Source: the human T2T-CHM13v2.0 reference genome, Homo sapiens
Strand: one strand, 5' to 3'
Length of the DNA stretch: 64,000 nucleotides
NCBI RefSeq assembly: GCF_009914755.1
Contig: NC_060925.1
A model generated the notes under the pieces. That model searched no databases. It was not told the origin of the DNA and was given only the letters and a program-made list of their open reading frames with translations. Positions 14,776 to 30,288 of the stretch are shown here, one piece after another; within the stretch, counting starts at the first letter, position 1, and the number at the start of each line of letters is the position of its first letter. Position numbers and translations under genes: made by a program.

Positions 14776-15710
14776 TGCACTCCAATTCTTGTGATTTGTA
14801 TTTGGAGGGCTTTCGGGCCTGACATTGGGCTGCTGCCTCTCTTCAGGCCTTTGTTGATCTTCCTGCCTGCCTGCTGCGTGGATGGGGTGCAGATCCAGGC
14901 TTGCCCACTTCACGATGGTGAGAGCTTGGGCACATGACAGGGTCCCTTGAACCCCAGTTCCTCACTAACATAGGGATTTCAGCAACTCTCTCTTAGAAAG
15001 GCCATGGGGACGTGTGAGTTGGTACCTTTCAAGCAGTGGAAGCATCGTCTCTGCTAGGATCCTTTCAGTCACTGTTTTCAGTGACCGAAAACAGACACAG
15101 ACTAGTGTGAAGAAAGAATAGACTTTATTAACTCACACGGCTAGGAAGCCCAGGAGCAGCGCTGGCCTTGGGGGTGACTGGGCACAGGGCTGAAGATGAC
15201 ACTAAGTTCTTTCATTCTCTGTTTGCCCTCCTCATCCCATTTTCATGGGTTCGCTCCTGTATTTCCAGCTGAAAATGGGCTTTCCTCACATAATGGGGGA
15301 AGCTTGCCAGAGGTGGAAATGGAACTAAGGTAGAGGGAAAATGTTGACGAAGTGGCTACTGCACACTTGGGCCTGGGGATACAGCAGTTCCTGCCGTCAT
15401 GGAACTTACTTACCAGCCAATGAAACAATGAAACCAAAAATGACCATAAAGTATCATGAGTGTTATAAAAGTGAAGTGCACCGAAAGAGGGGTCGCGCTG
15501 TAAGTGGAGTCCAACCTGGCTGATGTGCCAGAGAAGATTCTTCAGAAAGTGGCAGGGGAAGAGGAGTCAGCCTGTAAATAAGCGGGTGGAACAGTGTTTT
15601 GGGCAGAGAGTTAGCATGTGCGAAGGACCAGACAGAGAACTGGGCAAATCTGAGGAAACTGTCAGATCTTTCTCAGTCCAGTGGGTCTGGCTAGAGCACG
15701 ATGGGAAAGG

Positions 15711-16482
<772 letters not shown>

Positions 16483-16871
16483 ATTGAGAGAGATGCTACT
16501 GGGCTGGTCAGCCAGGCCAGGACCTAGGGGATCTGGGCCTCATCCTAGAGCAGGAGAAAAACATTCCATTTTGCACTCCAGAAAGAACACTGTGGTTGTG
16601 GATGTGCCATGTGAGATGCAAGCAGGGTGGCTGGCCTGTCAGGAGAGGACCGCTGTGGTCCACGTGACAGGTGATGGAGGAATGGGCTGAGGCAGCAGCC
16701 CAGCCAGGGATGGAAAGAAGGGTTTGGGTCCCAGTCAAACTTAGAAAAAACAAGTCAACGGGACTTGGGGACTGATGGGGCTGGGTGGCTGGCGGCAGGG
16801 TGGAGGCAGGGTATCATTGGATGATGTGTATCAATGTGATACGTATCCCTCACATTAATTTTTCCCAGGAG

Positions 16872-17070
16872 ACAGTGCTAGGAGGATGGAAAGAATATTG
16901 GCTTTGAAATTGGCGAAACCTTGGTTGAATTCCCAACGCTATTCCACTTTCCAGCTTCTTGACCTTGGTTGTGTTTCTTACTATTTCTGAGCCTCAGTTT
17001 TCTCCGACATAAAATGGAGATAATAATACTGAAATCACAGGGCTCTTGAAGGAATTAAATGACAGCCTAT
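16872..17070 (+). mobile_element. MIR SINE
   Basis: MIR core ttctgagcctcagttttctccgacataaaatggagataataatac. Confidence 0.8.
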
Positions 17071-18319
17071 GTGGCGTAGTGGGCTCTGGGTGGCCACCTG
17101 GGCACCACAGATGTGATGTGCTCTTTCCTCCTCCTTCCTCCTGCCTGACCAACGTCCCTTCCTGCAGGGGCTTCCCCGGGCGCTCAGCTGCACCCACCTC
17201 CTACTTCTCTCCCACTTGCTTCCTGCACGGCTGGCTCCACCCCACCTGCAGCCTTTTTTTTCTCCTGGGACCTGCCCACGCATTGCCCTCTCCACTGTCC
17301 TGGAAACTTCAACAGATATTTTCTCACCTGTTACCCCTAAGTAGCCCAGGCTGCGAAAGCAACAAGCTGCAAAACGGGTAGTCTTAGCGCCTTGAAAGGG
17401 AACCTGAAGGGCTTGCTGAGTTTACTGCCGGCTGCGATGTGTTCGTTCACTGGTTTATTCCTGCATCTATGCATCCACTCCCTCAACAAACACTTCGAGT
17501 GGGCGAGGCATTGTCTCGCACCGCGAACACTGAGCTGAACGGAAATGTGGTTCTCACCTCATGAAGTTTACTAATTCTACCAGGCAACCCGCCCTCTCTG
17601 AGCTCATGAATTTTCTGGTTGCACTGATTTAATGGCTTCACTCTCTGGCTTTGACACCCCCACAGGTAAAGTGAGGGAGAGCGGGAGGAGCATGAATTTG
17701 ATTCTCCAGTCTCATCCGGGCTAGGTGGACATTAGGACACACAGGCAGGTTCCCAGGAGGTGGAACAGAAGCTGGAGCTTCCCTGAGAAAGCAGACACCC
17801 CCGTCCTACCTCTCAGACACATTTCCGTCTTCACTGGTGATGTTTTTCTCCACCCCGTTTCTTGCCACTTGCCATTCATAATCATTGCTCTTGGTCTGGT
17901 AAGCAGAGAGGGCAGGACAAAAATTTGATTTACTTACGACAATGTTTTACAAGCTTGAGCATAAAAACATGTGGTTTCCTGGGACTGGCCATCCCAGGAA
18001 TTTGGCTGGGACATTAAGGAGTTGGCTGGCACTAACTGTAAGTGCCTACCACTTCCTACCCTCCTGGGGGAGGCTTGCCTTGCTCTTCTGAGCACTTTCT
18101 AACTTCAGGCTGTCTGGAGCCTCAAGGTTCTCCAACGTATGCAAATGCATGTGTTCTGACACAAGATGCAAATGTCAGGAATCCTCTTTTAAAAGGGCCA
18201 GTCTCTAAGACTTGCAAAAACGGCGACCGGAGACTGACTTAAACCTACCACCCGGAAGAGATGTTGGCTGTGAGGAAGGGAGAAACAATGAAGTGTGAGA
18301 TGGTGTGAACTCTGGAAGG

Positions 18320-18672
18320 CAGAACCTTAGGGAAAAACGAAAGAGTAATTTCGTTCGTTGATGAATTCATTTATTCTACTAAGTATTGTGCAGAGCACTA
18401 TAGGGTTTACCAAGAATAAAAATTGTCTCTATCATGGAGGACCTAAAAGAGATCAGAGAGAAAAGTTTTATTCTCGGTTTACCAAGAATGACAATTGTCC
18501 CTATCCTGGAGGACCTAAAAGAGACCAGAACCTTAGGGAAAAACGAAAGAGTAATTTCGTTCATTGATGAATTCACTTATTCTACTAAGTGTTGTGCAAA
18601 GCACTATAGGGTTTACCAAGAATAAAAATATTGTCCCTGTCCTGGAGGACCTAAAAGAGACCACAGAGAAAA
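18320..18672 (+). repeat. Complex tandem duplication (period 206 bp) of an L2-like fragment
   Basis: cagaaccttagggaaaaacgaaagagtaatttcgttc at 18320 and 18526; sub-block ggtttaccaagaat...ggaggacctaaaagaga occurs three times. Confidence 0.92.
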
Positions 18673-18952
18673 AGGCAAGTACACATGAACATGTGTTTTG
18701 CTTTGAGGATCGTGCAAAAAAGCTGATATGAGGCGAGCACCTCATGTTTAACGTACTCTGCTTCACTCGACATAAATTCCTGCTAGCTTCCCTAACAAAG
18801 TTTCAAGGTAGGCACTAACACCATTTTACAGATAAGGAAACTGAAGTTGAGAGAGTAATTTTTCCAGGAACCAGGGTTCCAACCTAGATCAGCTGACTCT
18901 GAAGCTTATTAAATCCACCTGTGGAAAATCAAGTTAAGAAACAGATTAAAGG

Positions 18953-19228
<276 letters not shown>

Positions 19229-19429
19229 TCAATCAGCTGATTTACCTCTACGATTTCAGGAACACCCTGGCATGTTGCACGAGGCTTTGCCTGCTGGGGT
19301 GTCTGTTGTTCAGTCTAGACCAGCATGCAGCCACGGCTTCTTTTGGCCTCCGTGGCCAATTCCAAAAGTTCATGTGAGAAGGGGTGAAGAGGGATTTTAG
19401 AGCCAGAAGGGAATTGAGCTTTCCTCAGC

Positions 19430-19540
19430 CTTATAAAAGCATGGAAATTGAGACCCAGAGAGGTTAAGTGCCTGGCCTAAGGTCACACAGCTTGTTAATG
19501 GTGGGGAGACCAGACTTGGTTTTGCCCAACTCTCCTTCTG
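19430..19540 (-). mobile_element. MIR SINE fragment
   Basis: ggaaattgagacccagagaggttaagtgcctggcctaaggtcacacagct. Confidence 0.8.
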
Positions 19541-20596
19541 CCATCTGTCGCTACTCAGCACAGTAAAGGAGATGGCGCAAGTCATCTGTGGCTCGCAGAA
19601 GTGCTAGGAATAATCCCATTCACGCATTTGATGGTACCTACTGGAGCCCCATTATTTCCAATTATTTACATGCTCTGGGCACCTGCAGCCAACCTGTACG
19701 TGCCCTTTCCCAGGGGTCAGACTTCCCTGGTGCCATGTGGACTCAATGCAGCATGCAGCCTCAGCCCTATTTTGTCTCTTCTATGCATTAAGGGATCCGT
19801 TTACATTTAATTGAAGCTTGGCATACTCTGAGCTGAGGTGGACTTGCTTTGGCCTTCTGAAAAAAGCATGCAGTTTTGGCCTATGAGTTTGAGTTTCATA
19901 GAGTAGCTTCCAATACCGGAGGGAAGCTGGCCTGTTACTCTCTGGAGTCTTTCTGAATCGCACAAAATCTCTGTGTATGCCTTCTTTGTTGTTCCTTTCC
20001 CAGAAGCGTGAAGTCCCTCAGATTCCACGGCGGTGGGGCTGGGAGAGCCCAGGTCCGGTGCGGGCCAGAGATCCCTGCGCGTCGGCACGTGAGCAGCCCC
20101 TCTGCGGTCTCCCGTCCTCACGGAGAGGCTATTACAGCAGAAGCTCCCTCGGCCCCCTCCCCACCCCCTCGTAGTTGAGGAGGAAGTGAGAAAGGGCTTG
20201 GCTTGGTGCCTGGCACACAGCAACCCTCCGTAAAAATGCCAGCTATTACTATTGCTATTGTTGCTATTATTCTCACGACTTCTCCATCTTCTGCACCACC
20301 CACAGGCTGCTTTGCTGTGAACACGGGGATGTGGAGAAGAGTGAATGAGCTAGTGGGATGGGAGCGACTGAGTGTGAAGGTTAGGGAGGGAAATAAAACA
20401 GCCCACAGCCCTGCTGCACTCAGCACCTTCTCCCTGCCTGCAAAGTCCTTCCTGGCATCTCTGGAAATCCTGACTGCCCCACGAGTCTCCCACCTCCTCC
20501 CCTGTTTCTGCACCGCCACTGGGATTGGTACTTGCAACTTGAATGGCTCTTCTCGTGTGCTGCCTTCTCCAGGGCCCACTCATGCCTGTGGCTGTT

Positions 20597-20918
20597 GCGA
20601 CCCTACTATGTGTCATGCATTTGACATTGAACATCTTATTTATTCATTTAGTTATTTATGGCAGGGTCTCACACTGTCTCCCAGGCTGGAGTACAGTGGC
20701 ATGAACACAACTCACTGCAGCCTTGACCTCCTGGCCTCAAGCAATCCTCCCACCTTAGCCTCGCAACTAGCTGGGACTACAGGCACTCACCACCGTGGTC
20801 AGCTAATTAAAAAAATGTATTTTGTAGAGATGGGGACTCTTGCTATGTTGCCCTGGCTGGCCTCGAACTCCTGGGCTCAAGCGATTCTCCTGCCTCAGCC
20901 TCCCAAATTGCTGGGATT
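20597..20918 (-). mobile_element. AluJ-type SINE, 5' end missing
   Basis: cagggtctcacactgtctcccaggctgg...gggctcaagcgattctcctgcctcagcctcccaaattgctgggatt. Confidence 0.9.
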
Positions 20919-21194
20919 CATCTCTTTTAAATTCTCACATCAACCTTAGGAAGGAGATGTTTCCCATTAACCATGACAGATAAAGACACAGGGCTCAGGG
21001 CAGTTAAGTGACTTGTCCGAGGTCACCATAGAGTGACAGGGCAGAGAGGCAGGCTTGGGTCTGTCCAGCTCCAAAGCCCATGCTCTGTCCATGCATCTCA
21101 ACACTCGCTATTGCTGCAGCTGTTGTTGGCTAGCCCTAAGGTGAGCCACGGTCACAGACCTTCAACCCACAGCACGGTTGGGGGATATGGGTGA

Positions 21195-21599
<405 letters not shown>

Positions 21600-21874
21600 T
21601 AATATTAATAATCTCTGACAGCACCCTGGACAAGTGTCAGCTCACTGATTCCTCATATAACCCTGGGTGAGGATCTTGTGATTATCATCCTTGTTTTCTA
21701 GAGGAGAAAAGCAAGTTGTAGAAATGTTAGATAATTCACCTGCTGTCATCCAGTCCATAGTGGCAGAGCTGGGGCTTAGACCCTGGTGGGCCTGATTCCC
21801 AAGATCTACTGTTGACTGTGGAGCTTACTGCTTCCAAGTGGAAGAGAAGGGTTTTGTCTTAAGAATACAGGAAG

Positions 21875-22698
<824 letters not shown>

Positions 22699-22799
22699 TA
22701 GGAACAGGTGACCATTGGAATTATTTACTCTACCAAAGGGGTCTGGAGGTTGAAAAATCACACTAGCTAAGGGTTACAGTCTGCTAAACGCTAAGTTCT

Positions 22800-22970
22800 A
22801 TATGTTGATTATTTCAATGAATGTTCATCAGAACCCTGGGAATAGTTATTTTTATCATATCCATTTCACAGATGAGGAAACTGAGCTGTAGAGGGGTTAA
22901 GTGGTCATCAGGACACTAGTAAGAGGCCGAGCTGGGCTTTGACTCCAAGTGGTCTGACCTCCAGGTCCAC
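22800..22970 (-). mobile_element. MIR SINE
   Basis: ccatttcacagatgaggaaactgagctgtagaggggttaagtg. Confidence 0.8.
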
Positions 22971-23816
22971 ACTGTCACTTGTGTGTCCTGATCCATTACC
23001 TGTGAGTGCAGCACCCACAGGCAAGTCCCACTTCACTTCGAGAAAACATTCCCATTTTTATTCTTCCTGCTTTCATCAGTAACTGCTTGTCCGGCAGGAG
23101 TAAGTGCTTCAGAAATACTGAGCTCAGTGAACCTGCTAAACACAGGCACCCCGGTGAGACTCTGCCGGATGATGACAAATCGTGTTCACATTAACCTTGT
23201 GCCCTGAAGGTTGCCTTTGGTGGGAAGAGGCAGAGAAGACGTGAGTTTCTTGCCAATTCCACCTGGTGGAGAGCCTGCCAGGCCTCCTGACTTGTGGTCC
23301 TGTCTCTGACCGGCACGGTGGCTGCTTTTCCTAGGCAAGTGCGGCATAATGTCCCTCCCTGTGATGGCCGGTGCAGCTGCCCAGGACAGGTGTGCAAAGA
23401 CACAGCTCCACTGAGGCAGGGTGAGAAGAGAGTTTTGAAGATTGAAAAACAAAATAAAAAGCCAAACCCATAACCTTCTGCCGTAGATATTCTTTAAAGT
23501 CCTGGTGGGGGCGAGGTTGGAGTTATTATGCTCTGTGTGTGTATGATGAGATACCAGGGCAAGCCACTGTTAATTTTATAATTCAAATTCTGTTTGAATA
23601 AATAACCATAAAAACAACAATAATTACCCCATGCTCTGCAAATATTTGCTCTCCACATAAGGGTTTATGGTAGAAGCATGAAGTCTTGGGGTCCTCAAAC
23701 TTCAGAAAACAAAGGGTACAGATCTTAGGGAAGCTCCAGGCAGAAACTGAGGGGGCTCCTGGAAAGCCTCTGAGTGTAAATGATACAAAGGCCGTCCCTC
23801 TGATGGTTGGCAGTAG

Positions 23817-24239
<423 letters not shown>

Positions 24240-24524
24240 TAATCAGTTGATGGGATCCATCAATGTGATTTCTGCATTGCTTCTCCTCTGTCTGCCTTCT
24301 ACCTGCCTGTGTCTAGTGCAGTACCTCATTACCTCCTGCATGGACCATTGCAAGAGTCTCCTACCTCGTTCTTCTAGAAACCAGTGCAAACTTTCAAAAG
24401 CATGGGCGAGGTCAACTCACTCCCTCGTTCCAAATTCTGTAGTAGCTCCATTTTACTTACAGAATAAAACACGAACTCCCCAGCCTAGCATATAATGCAC
24501 TGGGTGATCTAGCTCCATCCAATC

Positions 24525-25860
24525 TTTCACTCACTACTTATTCAACACGTATTCCCCGAATTCCTCCACGCACCAGGCATTGGCATCCCCTCTGTGTGCA
24601 CAGTGCTGCCAACAAAGTCCTCGTGCCTTCTTTCAAGGACCCCAGAGGGTGGAGGGGGTCACACCAGGGTGCTAAGGACTTGCCCAGCTGGAGCCCCTGT
24701 GAGGTCAGGGAAGGCATCCTGGAAAAGGTGACTTATCTAAAGTCACTTGAAGTCACCCAAAGAAGGCATAGGAGGGAGCCAAGAAAAGATGGAGTGGGTG
24801 TGGGATGGGAAGGCAAATGGAGCAGGTACCCCTTACCCAGGGATAAGGGGGTGCGGGCAGTTCAATATAGCCATCGCCTGTGAGAGGGAAAGTGAAGACA
24901 GGAGGAAGTGGGTCTCTATTACAACAGACTGGAAGAACCTGTCTGGGAGTTCAGGCTTAATCTTGAGCAGTGGGAGGCCATGGAAGGGTTTAAGCAGGAG
25001 AGCGCTATGAATAGATTTGCATTTTAGAAAGATCATTCCGTCTGGAGTTTGGAGAAAAGATTGGAGAGAGGGAGAAGAGAGGCAGGGAGGTGGTTATGAA
25101 GCCCGTGCAGGAGCTCAGGCAGAGGGCGATTGTGGCATTGGGGATGGTGGCGTAAAGAGTTGACAGAGGTAAGAGGCATTGAGGTGCTGAGGGAGGAGGT
25201 CTTGGCAATTATTTGATGTGAAGGGTGAGGGAGAAGAAGGTGACAAGCCCACGTCACAGGTCTCTGGCTTGGGTATGCGTGCAGGTCGTGGTGCCGTTTT
25301 CTGGGATGGGAGCATAGGACAAGCAGGTCTCAGGTCTGGGTGAGGGTGGGGAAGCATGAGAGGGTGAGCTCAGGTCTGGACATACTAAGAGTCAGTGCCT
25401 GTGAGACACACGAGGAGAAATACTGATTGAGACTGACAGAAACAGAAAGGTTGAGACAAAAGCCAAAGGACACCAGCGCCAAGGAAAGTCTTCAACAGAG
25501 ACGGAGAAGGAAGAGACACAGAGGCAGGAGGAAAACCCAGGGAACTGGGTAATCCAAGGCAGGACACCAAGTAAAGTCAGGACAGAAAAGCACTTCTTGG
25601 TTGTCCTGAGTCAGAAGATTGTTAATGACCTTGACAAGAGCAGTGTCCCAGGAGTCGGTGCTGGTATGGGGAGGATCCAGGGACCTTGACAAGAGCAGTG
25701 TCCCAGGAGTTGGTGCTGGTATGGGGAGGATCCAGGTTGGGTTGACAAGTTGTTCAAGGTGAGAATGTGGAAGCAGGAAGTGAAGACCAAGTCTGTCAAG
25801 AACTTCAGCCATGAATAGTGGAGGAAAAGAAGAGGATTGAGTCCTGGGAGGGACAATCTT
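24525..25860 (-). mobile_element. L2 LINE (3' portion)
   Basis: gtcagggaaggcatcctggaaaaggtgac; gggaggccatggaagggtttaagcagg...agatttgcattttagaaagatcattc are typical antisense L2 segments. Confidence 0.75.
25627..25736 (+). repeat. Tandem duplication 2 x 55 bp
   Basis: gaccttgacaagagcagtgtcccaggagtYggtgctggtatggggaggatccagg twice, 1 mismatch. Confidence 0.95.
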
Positions 25861-26324
25861 CAAAAGAGGTTCCCGCTCCCATTCCTCCCCTCCCTCTCTC
25901 CTTCCCTTCCTCCCTGCCCTCCCTCCCCACTTCTTTCTCTTTCAACAGGCGGATCAAGGAAGGGGCCAGAGGAGCTGGAGCAGGTGGAGCTCCAGATTCA
26001 GGAAGGAGAGGGAATGATCCATAGGGAAAGTTGTAGGGGAGGGGCTCCCAGCATGGGTGGAGAGGTTGGCCGTGCAGGAGGAGGGATCCCTCTTTCACTG
26101 TTGCCAAGAGGAGGAAAGGAGAGGGCAGATGCAGATGAGCCTGGTGGTTGGGGCCAGGAGTTGGGAAAGTCATCTCCTCATCCTTTCTAGCCTTGAATTG
26201 CTCCTGTGCATCAGGGCCACACGCACTCCTCCCAACATGTGCTGACCTTTCTCCGTGTCACCCTCTACATCTGCTCAGTGAGTTCCCCTTTTTCTGCACG
26301 TGCTTCATTCCATCTTTAAATGCA

Positions 26325-26541
26325 AAGGCATATCCAGATTTTGTGGGACCTGAAGTGTACACAATTTGGGACAGTCTCTTTAACAAAAAGAATGCTAAAA
26401 TAGATCACTTTGGCAAATCTTACAAAAATCCACAGAGATGTGAACACAGCTCTGCAGCCCTTCCTGGGACCTTGAAATGGATCCTTGTAAGCTAGGATGC
26501 CTGAAGGTTAAGCTTCATTGGCTTTATGTTAAGTCTTCCTC
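26325..26541 (-). mobile_element. MER53 hAT DNA transposon
   Basis: atccagattttgtgggacctgaag...cctgaaggttaagcttcattggcttt match the recalled MER53 ends. Confidence 0.7.
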
Positions 26542-26855
26542 CATTTAAATGTGAAAATCCTACCCAAACCTCAAACTTGAACAACAGCAAACGAAATAAA
26601 ATAAAGAAAGAAACCCCAACACAACCAAAAAACTTCCTCCTTGAAGTTCCTCCCATTCGAACTAAATAAGGAGAGCCTTAGCTTCCCCATCTGGAGAATG
26701 GAGCTAAGAGCCTCTATCTCCAAGTCCTGAGGATTCAGTGAGGCAGCATATGGACAGAACCTGGCATAGTTCCCTTCCCATAATTGGTGCATACAAAATG
26801 ATTGCTGAAGAAATAAAGGGATGTATGAACCTAACTCTCTTTTCTCATTTATCGC

Positions 26856-27152
26856 TTTTTTTTTTTTTTTGAGACAGGGTCTCATTGTGTCACCCAGCTG
26901 CGGTATAGTGGTGCAATCGTAGCTCACTGCAGCCTCAAACTCCCGGGCTGAAATGATCCCCCCTCATTGGACTCTCAAGTAGCTGGCACTACAGGTGCAC
27001 ATCACCACATCTGGCTAACTTTCGTATTTTTTTTGTAGTAACGGGGTTTCAACATGTTGCCCAGGCTGGTCTCAAACTCCTAGCTCAAGTGATCCTCCTG
27101 CCTCAGCCTCCCAAAGTGCTGAAACTACAGGAGCGAACCACCACACCTGGCC
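26856..27152 (-). mobile_element. AluJ-type SINE
   Basis: Full dimer; TSD-like tcatttatcgcttt / tcacttatcacttt. Confidence 0.93.
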
Positions 27153-27179
27153 TCACTTATCACTTTGACCTACATGTTA

Positions 27180-27332
27180 GTTATCTGCATGCTCATCTTA
27201 TCTTTCCCATTAGACTCCAAATACCTTGAGCATGTCTTGTTATTTTTGAGTCCTTCATAAGGTCTATCAGTGTGTCTTGCATACAGTGGGTATTCAATCA
27301 ATTTATTGAATGAATGGATGGATGAATGAATG
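27180..27332 (+). mobile_element. L2 3' end
   Basis: gcatacagtgggtattcaatcaatttattgaatgaatggatggatgaatgaatg tail. Confidence 0.7.
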
Positions 27333-29209
27333 GAGAGTATGAATCACTTCATTAAGAAGGAAGTTCATTGTTAGGAGAGTTGCTTAGAAATTCGCCTAAA
27401 TGAGTTTTCCAGTTGAGGCTATCAATTCTTGGTGTCCACGTTGTCGGGGATCAGTTAACAAAAGAACAGGAAGGACTGGAGCTGTGTCTTAACAGATAAC
27501 ACACATTTGGTTGAGGAGGCAGAATGTGGAGAAGTCAGGGCTGGAGACTTCAACAGCATTCAGAGTTTAGTTGGTGATATTAGGAACCTTCAGCACAAGA
27601 CAGTCTGTGGAGTGCTGCTTGGGTTAAACATGATAAATTGGAGTACCCCTAAACTAGGCAAAAGCTGTCAAATGCAATTCAGGAAGACAAGTGTAATGAA
27701 TATGTAGCATAATATGGGTAGATTTCTTACTGGATGCATTTTGAATATATTGCTGCTTAGGAAAAGCTCATTTCCCAGAGGTACCCACATGGGGGAAACT
27801 GCTTTTCTGTTTACTTCTCAAAGGGCTGTTGTGAAGATTAGATGGAAAAAAATGTAAAAGTTCCTTGTAGACTGTAAATGCCAGATAAATATTCTTTATT
27901 ATCACTGTTATTATTGCTTTCCTGGCCTTATCTCTCTCCTTACCCTCTCTTCTCAGACTCTATATCCCACCAATTTCCTTGAAGTATCATCATTCCCCAA
28001 ACACATGAGTGTGTTCCTAGACCACAGGGTAGCCTGTACCAAGTGGTATGAGACATGTATGTGTGTCTGCCTGTTCCTCAGATTCATTTTTACCCCTCAG
28101 TCCTAAGCACGATTCCTGGCACAAAATAGGAGCTTGGTAAATGTTTGCTGGATAGAAAATGCTCTCAGGTGATGGGAAAATAGTTCTTGGATCATTTCAT
28201 CTGGCCCCTTTGGTTTCATCTGACTTTGGTTGTGTGGTCTTCCTAAGAAAGGCAAGTCTGGTTTCCAAGACACTAGACCTCTTTATTATTTCTAGGACAT
28301 CAAGGCCATACATATTCCTTGTTACTCTACCAGTCTTGAAAAAAAATGACCCTCCTGGAAATTCCAGAAAGCCAAGAAACCAGAATATTCCTGTTCTGAT
28401 GTAACTTCTAAACAATTCATAATATCAAATTAAGAAAGACAGCTTTTTTTGTTCCTTTCTTCCTTTCTTTTTTTTAGTGGAAAAAGCCCCAACAAAATAT
28501 CCAAGAATGTGGGTTTAGAGCCATGTGATCTTATCCAGAGCACTTGACTACTTGGAGTCTCCATTTCCTCTTGTGTAAAACGAAGATAATAATTCTGTCT
28601 TGGCTTCCTTATGGGGACGCTTTCAAGATGAATAGGATAATGCATGTATCTCCCATAGCCCTGCAGCCTTATGCTTCATCCTGTCAGTGCAATCTTTTTA
28701 GGCAGGGCCCTTGGTAGACACAAAAGACATGTATTGATAAACATTGGCAAAGGGTCACAAAAGGGAAATACTAGGAAAATATGGAATAACAGCTCTCCCT
28801 GGGGGCAGATCAGTTGGTAGCTGTTACGAGGTGGATTTCATTCTAAGACTGGCAATGGGGACCATTTGGCAGGAAGAATGGGAATGTAAAGCACAGAGGG
28901 GAGAATTCCGGGGCCTACACCCGTCCACTCCTCCTTCCTCCTCTTACAGAGATGCCTGGTCCCAGGAACCCACCCTCTCCTGTCTTATTGTGTCATAGGA
29001 CCCTGCACTATGCTTGCTACCTCTGTATTCGACATCCCCCTCAAAACTGGCTCCTTTCCACTGATACACTCAATCTCCACCATCTTAAAAAATATCCTCC
29101 CTCAACCCTGTAAACCTTTGCCTCGATTTCTCCCTTTCACTGCCCAGCAACTTAATGGAGTTGAATATTCACTGTTTCTAAATCCAGTGAACACTTTCCT
29201 GTCTTCATC

Positions 29210-29524
29210 TTATTTATTTGTTTTTTGTTTTTTGTTTTTGTTTTTGTTTTTGAGACAGGGTCTTACTCCGTTACACAGGCTAGAGTGTAGTGGTATGATT
29301 CTGGCTCACTGCAGCCTTGAGTTCCTGGGCTCAAGCAATCCTCCCAGCTCAGCCTCCTGAGTAGCTGGGACTACAGGTGTGTGTGGCCATGCTTGGCTAA
29401 TTTTTAAAAATTTTTTGTAGAGATGGAGTCTCACTATGTTGCCCAGGCTGGTCTCGAACTCCTGGACTCAAGCGATCCTCCCACCTCGGCCCTCCCAAAG
29501 TGCTGAGAGTCACTGCGCCTGGCC
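29210..29524 (-). mobile_element. AluJ-type SINE inserted in an L2 fragment
   Basis: Full dimer, (TTTTTG)n tail, TSD-like tcttcatcttattt / tctttatcttattt. Confidence 0.93.
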
Positions 29525-29640
29525 TCTTTATCTTATTTACGATGCTCGCTCCTTCCTTGAAGTGCTGCTTTCCTGGGGGCATCCAGTACATCACACTCTC
29601 CTGACTTTCCTCCCATCTGTGGCTGCTCCTTCTCCATCTC

Positions 29641-30089
29641 TGTTACGGGTTGAATTAGATTCCCTCCAAAAGATAAGTTCACGTCCTAACTCCCGGCACC
29701 TGTGAATGTGATCTTCTTTGGAAACAGGATCTTTGCAGATGTAATCAAGTTAAATGGAGGTCCTGTTGGATCGGGGTGGGCCCTCACCTGATGACTGGTG
29801 TCTTTATAAGCAGAGGAAAATTGAGACACAGACACACACAGAGGGCAGACGGCCATGTGGTGAAGAGGCCGAGATTGGAGAGATGTGTCCAGAAAACCAG
29901 GAATACCAACCACTACGGGGAGCCACCGGAGGCTGGAGTGACGCCACGAAGCATCTTCCCCTAGAGCCATCGGAGAAAGCACGTCCCTGCCAACACCTTG
30001 ACTTCTGACTTCTGGCCTCCAGAAAAGTGAGAGAATAAATTTCGGTTGTTTTCTGCCATGGAGTTTGTGGTACTTTGTTACTACAGCCG
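29641..30089 (+). mobile_element. MLT1B/C MaLR LTR
   Basis: tgttacgggttgaatt...tttggaaacaggatctttgcagatgtaatcaagtta...caccttgacttctgacttctggcctccaga...gagaataaatttc. Confidence 0.88.
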
Positions 30090-30288
30090 TAGTCTCCTTT
30101 CAGGCTCAACCTACGTTACATGTGGATTTTCCTAAATGCTTAGTTCCAGACTTCTATTAATTTCTCTATGTATCTTCCCTCCTAGGCGACCTCCTCCACA
30201 TCTACCCTTCAGCTGGGGCTTCTCTCACCTGTACATCCTACCCATCTTTTAGAGCACAACTCAGACCTTCCTCCCACAGGGAAGCCTT

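Noticed and set aside
18320-18672. Repeat-spacer pattern superficially like a CRISPR array
   Set aside because: Primate DNA, the spacers are themselves duplicated, and there are no cas genes.
20203-20949. Longest ORF (248 aa)
   Set aside because: The C-terminal half is translated antisense Alu and the rest has no recognisable domain.
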